The position numbers and the translations under genes are program-made. A model generated the notes under the pieces. That model saw nothing but the letters and a program-made list of their open reading frames with translations. It was not told the DNA's origin and made no database searches. Of a stretch of 64,000 bases of DNA, positions 25,061-35,554 are shown piece by piece (positions within the stretch are counted from its first letter, which is position 1; the number at the start of each line of letters is the position of its first letter). Source of the stretch: Selaginella moellendorffii (lineage: Eukaryota; Plantae; Lycopodiophyta); NCBI RefSeq assembly GCF_000143415.4, contig NW_003314261.1:1165674-1229673 (forward strand), written 5' to 3'.

Positions 25061-27235
25061 CTAGTATGCCTTTGAACACATGGCTAAATCCTCCTCCAGG
25101 CAAAAAGTTTGCTTGTGAGAAGCTGTGAGTTGCTTCCTCGATCTCTGCAAGTCTGATTTCTTGTGCATTTCTTGTCTTATTCACACCCTGAGCATTGCTT
25201 TCAACTCCTGCTGGGGTAAGACTGGAGTGAATGCTTGAAGCTGAGTCATTGGCTCTAAAAACAAACATGCCCATACATACCGAGGAATCTAGAGAAGAGT
25301 CGAATTATGGTTATACCCACAATTATGGTTAAACAGGTTCGGAAAGCTTTTTTGTTCCTTCGTTGCTACAGCATTCGAAACTGTTGCCTCTCTTTTATCT
25401 TTTACGTCTCGTTCCCAGGTAACTTACAGGTTTACCACCTTCGAAAAGCTCACAGACGAGCAAGATTGTCTGCGTTACACGAGGGTGATCTCTGGGATCG
25501 CAAGATTTTGTACGGTGATAGAGTTCTCTGTTGGAAGCTGGATGCTGTCAAGGCTCATTCTTGAAAAGGAGCTGACTAAGGAGTTTCAGGATCTCGAATC
25601 GCAAGAACAAACGTGAGAGGAGAAAAAAAAAACACCAGAAAAGATGGAGACAAACGCCTGTCGTGTTTCGAGTCTGGAAGAATCTCCAGGAATGTGCCAG
25701 GAACCGAGAGCGCTGCCCAGAGGCACAGCGCCGAGCTCACCAAAACTTCGACCAAAATCTGCGAAGGCAGGCGCTTGTTGATATAGAGAGATGGATCACA
25801 GAGGATCTGTTTAGTGATAATTTGTTAAGTATATTGTGGCTTAAAGTATGACTTTAGTCAATTTATTTTATGACAAATTCTAATCAAGGGCTTTTAGATA
25901 TGGTGAAGGTAAAGGAGTCGCATAGAGGGCTTGGGGGTGGCTGGGAGAGATCTGATGGCTTAACAAGTCGGAGAAGAAATGAGCAAACACCAGTTTTCGC
26001 CGTGCAATACCCGGGCTAGAGCTATCGAGCGCACTGTGGCGGCGAGGCTGGAATCCATTCTTTGTTCTTTGCTTAGAAAAGTGGTTCTTGCTATCTAGAG
26101 CTCAATTTTAGGCCGGAAGAACCTGCATTTACCGGACTTCGGATCTGGAATCGCAGTGCTGGGGATCGTTGGAGCTGCCTCGTTTGCACTGGCGGATCGT
26201 TCTTTTTTTGCTCTTTTATTAATCTCTGTGACTAAACAGGAGGCAAGGGACTATGTCCACAATGTAATGCAAGGATTTGTCATGAAAGGGCTTCTTCCTG
26301 ATGTTGTTGCCAAGGCAAAAAAGAGTGCGAAATGCCGCCAAGAGGAATACAGACTTCTTTTTTACTGCGTCCGGCTCGAACTTGCGATCTTCTTGAAAGT
26401 TTTTCGAGGTTTAAAAGCTAAGTTCCAGACCAGACATTTGCAAAGAGAGGGTTCCCCAAGCTCCTGACAGTCCTAAACCTTGCCGAGCAGCTTTTTACTT
26501 CTTTGTTTTCGCTGATAAGAGCACGCAAAATCTGCAAAAGCTGGTGAGCTATGGAATTTTCATGTTTTTACTGACCTGAACGATGCTCAGTCTTCGCGAC
26601 GGGTCGTCTTGTAGGCAGCATGAATCATGCGCTGAATTTGGTATTCGTCAACGTCAGTCCCAAGCCTCGGGTCCAGCAGTGACTTCGCGTCTCATATTCA
26701 AGCTTTGGACGAGCCTGGTGAAAAAGATGAGGTAAAAGTTCTACCGTGTCATAGTGATTACTCACCCATTCCACCAGGCAATCACTCTGCGGCCAGTGAT
26801 GATCTCCAGGAGAACTATGCCGAACGCTTTTTCTGTTGCCACGCCAGTTGCTGCATACTCTGGAGCCACATATATGCCATTTTTCACACCTAGTCTAGAC
26901 TCTAGAGCAACAGCCTACAAGGAATCTATGGAATTTTCATGTTTTTACTGACCTCTTTTGCTTACCCAGTAGAGGCTAAATTCCAGTGATATCCTCGTTA
27001 TTTATCGGCTCTGCGCTCACGGGAGCATACTGGACGCTTATTCCAGCAATTCTCCTCTTTCTGGGAACGACAAAACCAAGCAAAATAGGGTGACGTACCA
27101 CAAGAAAAATCTTTGTTTTAGGCTTCAGGGTTTGGAGAGTGAGAGTGAGAGTGACAGTTCATTCTTGTACAAGAAGCTTCACCCATTTCTCAGGTTCCAT
27201 TGGCGCTCTTGTTTGGGTTTAGTGATTGATTCTTG
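25061..27235. pseudogene. Mosaic of intron-retaining, deletion-riddled fragments of the kinase, GTF3C5 (inverted), DnaJ-like and nodulin-like genes
   Basis: About 25061-25350 matches 21243-21575; about 25995-26146 matches the reverse complement of 19080-19312; about 26147-26430 matches 19706-20158; about 26490-26970 matches 20188-20706; about 26984-27235 matches 24514-25060. Confidence 0.85.
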
Positions 27236-27457
27236 CGGGGAGGGTGCAAAGAGCGATTGCAGGCAGCTGTGTGATTGAGGGAGCGCAGCATTTCTTTGGC
27301 AGCAGCGAGCGCAGCACTGATCGCCCAGCACGTAGCAGCTAGCAGCCAGTGAAAGAGCGTGTGCGCAAGTGGGATATTCTACATTCAGCTTGCATTTCAA
27401 GGGCAAAAGTACAATTACTTTGTGTTGATTACCTTTATAACTTTTTCTTTTCTAGCT

Positions 27458-27905
27458 ATGAAGTCTTGGGATGGACGTGGTTGTGGAGGGCACAAGCATT
27501 TAGCTGAGCAATTTGCTCAGTTTCTTGGTGATAATGCATTGGTGGTGAAACTTTCACCCACACACTTTTGTTCATATCAGTTCATACTAATAAGTTTGTA
27601 TACATTTTTGCAATTTATATTCTAATGCCTCTTTTCTTTTGTGTAGAGTATAAAAAAAGTTGGGGCTTACAATGTTTGGATATACAAAACATATAGTGGA
27701 TGTGACTTGTGGTGATAGTGGTATATAATTTTAAGTGAGTATTAACTGTTTTATTAATACTTTTTTTTTTGCTTTTACAGGAGAGACATTTAAATTTCAA
27801 TGGAGTGGCCGGAAGGAATTTATGGTAAGCAATGATTGGATGGACTTTTGTGATGATCGTGGGCTTAATATTAATGACTATATTACCTTACATCCAAATA
27901 GCATG
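27458..27905 (+). pseudogene. Probable B3 DNA-binding-domain gene fragment (3 exons, apparent frameshift)
   Basis: Putative spliced HIVDVTCGDS|GETFKFQWSGRKEFMVSNDWMDFCDDRGLNINDYITL resembles the B3 pattern D..G..W.F....Y....W..F.....L..GD.I. An A7 run at 27652 breaks the frame. Confidence 0.45.
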
Positions 27906-29549
27906 TATATTTGTGCTTTTTCAGCTGTTATTTGCATTAAAGTATATGATATAAATCTTTAGTATATTACAACTGTTTTACACAGTTTACCATAAATTTA
28001 ATATTGTTATAATAAAGTGATAAATAGCTAAACTATTATTAGTACTTAAATTTTATATACTTTTGTTAATATATTAAATTTTATTTATCATTTATATATG
28101 ATTGAAGGGCAATAAATTTAAGTATGCAAGTTCTTGGAATATGGAAAGGGAATACAAAAAATGTGCATATCAATTAACCCAAAAACCCTAGCTTATATAC
28201 AGGAGCAAGTGGTCCGGATTGAAACCAATTCGACGAATACCAAAATCTTACTACCCTAATATTAGTATACAACATCGTAGTTATACACTTGGCCCTCACA
28301 TCATCACCTCTTCTCGAAATAATGGAAAACCATCAGGCTTCTCTTATAAATGGGCCAGGATCTGGAGGAACATCAGGAGGAGGCATTGGTGGATTTTTAG
28401 GTGGTATTAACTGCTTTTGATCCTTTTGTATGAAGCATTTCAACTACTACACATGCACAATTTCTGGAGGATCAGCCTACTGGATATCATGCCAAACCTC
28501 ATAAACTTGTGGTCCCACTTGCCGCAACACCTAATACGGTCATTTCCACTGAGCAAGAAGCCCCTTACACAAACCACGTACTATAAGATAGGGAAAATGG
28601 ACTAACACCAAGTCATCCAGTTTGTACTCCACAGGTGGACGATGATGGGAGTTGTAGCGCCGTTGTTGTCCCACTTGTACACAGCCTAAGTGTTCGATAG
28701 ACTCTGCTTGGACAAGTGGAAGAATGCTCATCAAATACTAATCCCATGACCTAACATCGGTAGCTCATAGCAATTGCGAAGGTAAACCCAACTCCGTTGG
28801 TGATATTGGATCATGACCATATAGGAGTTTATATGGTGAAGCACCAAAAGAACTTTGCACCCCCATGACATATGTGTAAGCCACAAATTTTTCCTTTCCA
28901 ATTTGCCAACTTACCTTGTCTATCCGACCAACACCGCCTTGGCTTGTGCTAAGTTCCCTCGCCAAGGTTCCCGCCTATTGTACCAGCTCTTACTTGGTCC
29001 TACTTGGTTTCAGCTACTCACTGCACGAGCAACAGAGTGTTAGCCATCCATCTACAGATTCCCAAATCTCTCCCAATCCCCCTCCCGGGTTAGACTGGAC
29101 TTAAGGTTCGGTTACACTCCCCATAGGCACAAGCAACCAAGCACACCAAGCCTCCAGGTTCCTAACCCCCTTGGTACATCAAGACTTGATCATGGGACCC
29201 TCTAAATCCCAAGCCTTGGGTGTAGCACTTATGTACCTCTACCCCCCCACTTCCATCCCGAAGGGAAGGCCCAAGCCCCTAAGAAGGGCGAGGACCAATG
29301 AGCCACAAGGTATTCAAGTGGGGCACCACTCCATATGAGCTGGGAGCACCGTAGTTGGTTTCCCTTTCGAGAGTGGGAGCTGCTCTTGAGCACTTCCCTG
29401 GGTGGCCCCTCCGGCACCACCCAAGCCCATGCTCACTCCCACCCAAGGCCCTTTGGCCCCGTTTTTAACCCAAAATTTTTTGGGAACCCCCCCGGGGGGG
29501 TTCCCCCAAAGGGGGTTTTGGGCCCCCCATTTCCCTTATTTCCCGGGGA

Positions 29550-29582
<33 letters not shown>

Positions 29583-29624
29583 CCCTGGGAGACGCACGCT
29601 TTGGGCTTTCACCCCTTGACCCGT

Positions 29625-29860
29625 ATTAGTATTTGGACTTAGTCTCAGATTCGATCTCGGACTCGATCTCAGACCCGACTTCGGACTCGGTCTCGGACTC
29701 AATTTCAGACTCGATCTCGGTCTCAGACCCGATTTGGATCTCGGACTCTGTCTCAAACTCGGTCTCAAACTCGGTCTCCGATTCGGCCTCGGCTCGATCC
29801 CGGACTCTATCTCGAACTCGGTCTTAGAGTCGGTCTTGGACTCGATCTTTGACTCGGTCC
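29625..29860. repeat. Degenerate 6/12-bp tandem array (GACTCG/GTCTCG) inside the C LTR
   Basis: Units such as GACTCGATCTCG and GACTCGGTCTCG; partial copy at 33570-33672. Confidence 0.85.
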
Positions 29861-30980
29861 CATCCGATGAACTCTTTGTCATTTTGGTCATGCTTTCAGG
29901 GATCCTTTAGCCTATGACATCTCGGGGAGTTGGTTCCTTACAACTCCACCACCCATAGAAGAAGTTTGATGCCCACATCGAACGTCTCTTTTTATCCTAC
30001 GACTTGTTGACCATGTCTCCGGGGGCATCCCCCCACTTAGCGGTGTGCGTAAGTTAGCCTCCCCGGCCAAGAGCCCATGACAACGGAGTATAGGTGTCCC
30101 TATACTCCTCACCTCACCATGCCCTAGTATGGGGTCAGGACTTGAACCTAGCCTTGCTTTACTAAGGGGTTGGGACTCGAACCCAACCTCCATAGAATAC
30201 ATCTACGGATTCGACATCCCTGCGGGGAGTTGGGCGTAGTGCCCTACGCTTGGTCGACCTAGCTAATTAGCTTACCTTCGGCGTGCCTTCGGGTCCCAAC
30301 ATATGCCACTTGCTCAACTTTGCAAATTGATATTTTTAATTGAACTTTGCATAAGTACATAGAGTTCTGCCTTGCAGAAATTCCTCCACTAGATCTCACG
30401 CGTTCGCTAGGTTCTCCTCTGGTTCCCATATTGCTTCGTAGTGTGGAAATCCTTTCCACTTCACATGGAACTCTTTCACCTCGTGTCCTTGTCGCTTGCT
30501 CTTGCGCGCATTGAGGATGGCCTCGACTTCGTATTCCTCTTCCCCTTGGATAACCTCAGGTAAAGGTCTTACTTGGTCCTTGCAAAGTGGATCCTCAAAG
30601 TACGGCTTAAGTAAGTTCACATGGAACACTGGGTGCATCTTCCCCATCTCTCGAGGAAGTCGGAGTTGGTAAGCCACTTTACCAATTCGTGCCTCAATCT
30701 CGTAAGGCCTTGCGAACCTGCTTAAGGAACTCAAGATCAATTCATTTACAGGAATACATGCATTTTTACCTTTGGGTCAACTTCCGGCTGATCCCACTTG
30801 GTAGCCTGAGGTTCTTGGTGTTTAGCCACACCTTCTCCCCATCTTGGAACTCTACATCCCGGCGCTTTTGGTTCGTGTACTTAGTTTGCCTTTGTTGAGC
30901 CCGTTCCAAGGAATCCCTCACTAGATTCCAAATGTTGAGCCTTTCCGCTGTGAATGCCTCCACTACGGGTAGCTCTCCAT

Positions 30981-31575
30981 TGTAAGCAACCAAAGGGAAC
31001 GACTCGAGAGACGATCCATAGGGGTTCAAATATAGAGGGAAAGGGCCCATGAACAAGAGTGCACCCCCTTTTCTAATTGGTTAAGGGTCTTGGGATATTT
31101 AGAGTTAAGCGTCCTTGGGTTTGAATAGTACTGGGCTGGGTGACCTCCCGGGAAGTCCAAACTCAGGAGCTTACATTTGGTATCAGAGAGGTCTCGGGTC
31201 CGACTCTGTTGGTTGGCTAGGGGAATCGCACCACATGTTGATTGACATCTGGCTGGTCCAGTTTGCTCCCACTGGGCTCGACCCGAGGGGTAGGGTGTCA
31301 AGAGAGCGGGGCTCTCGGGAGAGCTGCGGCTCTCAGCTTCCGTTCACGAGGGCGTGAACTTGCAGGGAAGCGTGGTGGATTGTAAGCAACCAAAGGGAAT
31401 GACTCGAGAGACGATCCATAAGGGTTCAAATATAGAGGGAAAGGGCCCATGAACAAGAGTGCACCCCCTTTTCTAATCGGTTAAGGGTCTTGGGATATTT
31501 AGAGTTAAGCGTCCTTGGGTTTGAATAGTACTGGGCTGGGTGACCTCCCGGGAAGTCCAAACTCAGGAGCTTACA
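30981..31575 (+). mobile_element. Element D: Cassandra-type TRIM with 5S-rRNA-derived LTRs, inserted antisense in the integrase of C
   Basis: 195-bp LTRs 30981-31175 and 31381-31575 (TGTAAG...TTACA, 3 mismatches seen). PBS TGGTATCAGAG at 31178, purine-rich tract before the 3-prime LTR, TSD TCCAT, 205-bp non-coding interior. Confidence 0.93.
31103..31158 (+). ncRNA. 5S rRNA-derived segment (A-box/IE/C-box) in the Cassandra 5-prime LTR; second copy 31503-31558
   Basis: AGTTAAGCGTCCTTGGGTTTGAATAGTACTGGGCTGGGTGACCTCCCGGGAAGTCC versus plant 5S AGTTAAGCGTGCTTGGGCGAGAGTAGTACTAGGATGGGTGACCTCCTGGGAAGTCC. Confidence 0.88.
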
Positions 31576-34500
31576 TCCATGATACTCAGCCAAGCCGAGT
31601 TCCACAGGACCTTCAATAGCTCGCCCATTGATGACTTCCCATGGACTCACCCCGATACTCGAATGTGGTGAGTTGTTATAACACATTTCCACAAGTCCCA
31701 AATGACTTACCCATTCGGTCTGGTCTCCCGAAACATAGCATCACAAATAATCCTCCAGCTGCCTATTCACCCTTTCTATTTGTCGGTCTGTCAAGAAGTG
31801 TTAGTGCCACCAAACTTGACTTAATACCCCATACCTGTTTGTGGGTGATAGGCTGTGCTGAATTTCAACTTGGTGCGATAGTGTTCCAAGAGGGTCCTCT
31901 AGAACCTACTAGTGAAGATCTTATCTCGATCTGAGATGATCTCTTCTGGCCTTCCCCGCACTCGAACCACTTGTTCGAAGAACAGCTTCGCCACACCTTC
32001 CGCATCCACTTCCATTGTGGTGGGTATGAAATGTGCCATTTTTGAAAATCGGTCCACCATCACGAATATCGCATCAAACCCCTCGCTTGGGGGGAGTCAC
32101 GTGATGAAATCCATCGTAAGACATTTCCACGGACGATCTGGAATTGGGATGCTTTGCAACAAGCCCCCACTAGCCTTAGTCACGGCTTTGACCTGCTAAC
32201 ATGTTGGACATGTCTTTACATAGTCTTGAACGTCCTTAGCCATATCGGGCCAATGGTACATCCGCTTAAGTAAGCCCATTGTCTTGGGCACTCTGCCATG
32301 TCCCGCAAGGGGTCTGTCATGACACTCTTCTAAGGCTACCTTCCTTAGTTCCCCTTCTGGAAGATACACCCTCGTTTGCTTGTAATAGATGAGTCCATTG
32401 CGTTCCGCATAGCCCGTTTTTTCTTCCGTTGGCAGCTCACCTCTCTGGTGAGCTTCCCGTGCCTCTAGATTCCTCAGCAACACTTCTTGTGCTAGACCAT
32501 CATTCTCATATGCTGTCCGCACCTCGTCCCAGAAGGTTGCTGTTGTGCTGGATATCGCCAACCTCAAGCTCACTTTTCGACTGAGCGCATCTGCCATGAT
32601 GTTGCTCTTCCCAGGCTTATACGACATCTCGTAATCAAACTCGGCCAAGGCATTGGCCCACCGACCTTGTTTCCCTCTCAGATCGGGCTGTGACAAGAAG
32701 TGTTTCATTGCCACATTATCCGTGTAAACCTTGAAGTGTCTCCCAATGTAGTGTTGCCATTCCTTGAGCGCCTTGACCATCGCAAACAATTCCTTCTCAT
32801 GGGCAGGCCACTTCCTTTGAGCCTTGTCCAACTTCTTCGAGAAGAACACTACTGGATGGTTGTCTTGCTTTAAAACTGTGCCCAACGCAAAGTTCAAAGC
32901 ATCCGTTTCTACCTCAAAGTCTTTACCAAAGTTTGGTAATGCCAACACGGGAGCCTTCCTCAACTTCCCTTTGAGGTGGACGAATGCCGCCTCGCATTCC
33001 GCTATCCATACCATCTTCCCTTTTCCTGTTTGGTCTGTTAAGGGCAGGGCTACTCTCGAATAGTGTCTGATAAACTTTCGGTAGTAGTTGCATAGCCCCA
33101 AGAACACCCTCAACTCATGTACATTCGATGGTCGCTCCCATTCCTGGATCGCTTGGACCTTCTCCGGGTCCACCTTGAGCCCGTCCTGGCCCACCACATG
33201 CCCGAGAAACTTTACCTCTTGTTGAGCAAAGTCACATTTGCTCTCTTTAGCATACAGTTTGTGTTCCCTTAGTTTCTCAAACACCTTCGCCAAGTGTTCG
33301 GCATGCTCCTCTAGTGTCTTGCTATAGATCAGGATGTTGTCAATATAGACGACCACAAAGTGATCCAGATAGGGTACAAAGATATGGTTCATCAACGCCA
33401 AAAATGTTGCCGGCGCATTGCACAGCCCAAAGGGCATCACCAGAAACTCAAAGCTCCCATACCTTGTTCGACAGGTTGTCTTCTCGACGTCTTCCTCGGC
33501 TACCCTGATTTGGTAGTATCCTGACCTTAGGTCAATCTTCGAGAAGTATGTTGCCTTTCCCAACCTATCGAACTCAGTCTCGAACTTGGTCTCCGATTCG
33601 GCCTTGGCTCGATCCCGGACTCTATCTTGAACTCGGTCTCAGAGTCGGTCTTGGACTCGATCTTCGACTCGGTCCCATCTGATGAACTCTTTGTCATTTT
33701 GGTCATGCTTTCAGGGATCCTTTAGCCTACGACATCTCGGGGAGTCAGTTCCTTACAATATGCATATCGAAGAGACGGTAAATAACCATCTCAATCCGAA
33801 TGCTGAAAGTTCACATACTTTGCAATCATCCCTTTGAACGTCCAAACGAGCCATTCCACCAAACTATTTGACTGTGGATGATAAGCACTCGTGAAAGTGT
33901 AGCGTATCCTCAACCGAGACATCAAAACATGAAATGCCTCAACCATAAGTGTGGGACCATTATCTGAAAGAATCCACTCTGAACAAGAATGCTGGAACAC
34001 CACTCAATTGAGGAGGAAGTATACAAGAGCAGTTGCAGAGGCGCTAGCAAGAGCACCAACTTCCACCTAATGAGTCAAGTAGTCAAAAGCAATAATAGTA
34101 TACTCATTACCAGTAGTCGACCATGGAAAATATGCCATAAAATCAAACACCACCAACTCAAACGGAAGGGAAACTGCAATCAACTCCAACTGTCCTTCTG
34201 CGGCACGAGGGGGAGTATTGCGAGCTTGGCACCAAAAACAGCTATGCACATACTAGATAATATCACATCGCATCTTCGGCTAATAGAAAGACCTACGCAG
34301 CTTCTTAGTCACACGACGATGTCCCATATGCCCACCTAGAACAAGAGAATCATGGTAGGCATAGAGAAACTGCGGAATAAAAACAAAAGGCACCACCAGC
34401 CGTAAATGATTATTAGGATTCGTCCCCACAAAATAAAGAAGGCCATCTTCAAGGCGATATTGAGAATGTAAATGCTGGGAAGGCAAGTCATCAGCAAGTG

Positions 34501-35554
34501 ATGTAGGATTCTCAAACCCATCTCGAAGCTTTCGAATCCACGGCTCAATCTTTTGAGCCTCGCGAACCTCATCAAGAGAAGGTAGATCTTGCTCTGTGTC
34601 TTGTGGACACTGAACGTCAAGTATAGCAATTGCCGTCGGCATAGAATCCTTGTCTAGAAAATCCACAAATGTTGGAACAACAGGCTTGTTAAAAACATGA
34701 GAAGAGAGTGGAGAAGGAAGAGGAGCTCGAGAAAGGGCATCAACAGCAGCCATAAAACTCCCTGGGCAATGAACAACATCAAAATCATATATCTGAAGCT
34801 TCAAAGCCCATTGAGCAGTATGACTAACCAGGTTCTTCCACTTTAATAATGAAGTAACAGCAGCATGGTCACCTTCAAGTAATGTCCGAGAACCATGTAG
34901 ATATGCATGAAGTTTCTCGAAACCCCAGACTGTTGCTAAACACTCCTTCTCTATCGTGGAGTAGTTCATCTTCGCTGGTTGTAATGTACGGCTTATATAC
35001 GCAATAGGATGGAGCTGACCAGGCACACTCAAGCTCTCTTGCATTAACACACCTCCAAGACCAATATTAGAAGCATCCACGCGCAAAATAAAAGGTCGAG
35101 TGTAGCCAGGATATGCTAAAACCGGAGGAGTCGTCAATAGCTTTTTGAGATGCTCGAATGCCCGCTCACAATCCAGAGACCAGATGAAGGATGATGTTGA
35201 TGACTTCAGCAACGCTTGCAACGGTGCAGTGCAATCAGAAAGATGATCCAAAAAATGACCGAGATACTGCACCTTGCCCAAAAAGCGCTGCACATCATTC
35301 ACACACTTTAGAGTAGGGAACTTTAGAACAGCCACAAGTTTGTCATGATCAACTTGCAAACCCTCACAAGAAATACAGTACCTAAGATAAGTTGTGTTCG
35401 TGGACCCAAACATGCACTTCTACCGCTTCAGCTTTAAACCAACATCACGTAGCCAATCTAACACTTTACAAACATCACGAATGTGCTCCTCCCATATCCC
35501 CTCCAAGTGGATCAAGACATCATCAATGAAGTCAGCAGTCACCTCCGGCATATC

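Larger units (their letters stand above)
28875..33757 (-). mobile_element. Element C: chromovirus (Ty3/Gypsy with chromodomain) with 5-prime internal deletion, inserted in the integrase of A
   Basis: TSD ATATG (28870-28874 and 33758-33762). LTR 28875-29942, PPT-like tract 29943-29957, chromodomain EEEYEVEAIL..KWKGF..WEPEENL (30396-30560), RT-RNaseH-IN ORF 32196-33563 with YIDN instead of YxDD. Only about 190 bp of the other LTR remains (about 33570-33757). Confidence 0.92.

Noticed and set aside
29450-29585. Poly-C/poly-G/homopolymer tract giving a polyproline ORF
   Set aside because: It looks like a low-quality read rendering of the LTR segment seen cleanly at about 62680-62780; not a gene.
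30981-31575. Functional 5S rRNA genes
   Set aside because: Only about 56 nt of the internal control region is present, embedded in LTRs with PBS and TSD.
33675-33722. Hammerhead ribozyme (retrozyme) suggested by CTGATGA in the C LTR
   Set aside because: No stem II followed by GAAA, and the other LTR copy reads CCGATGA.
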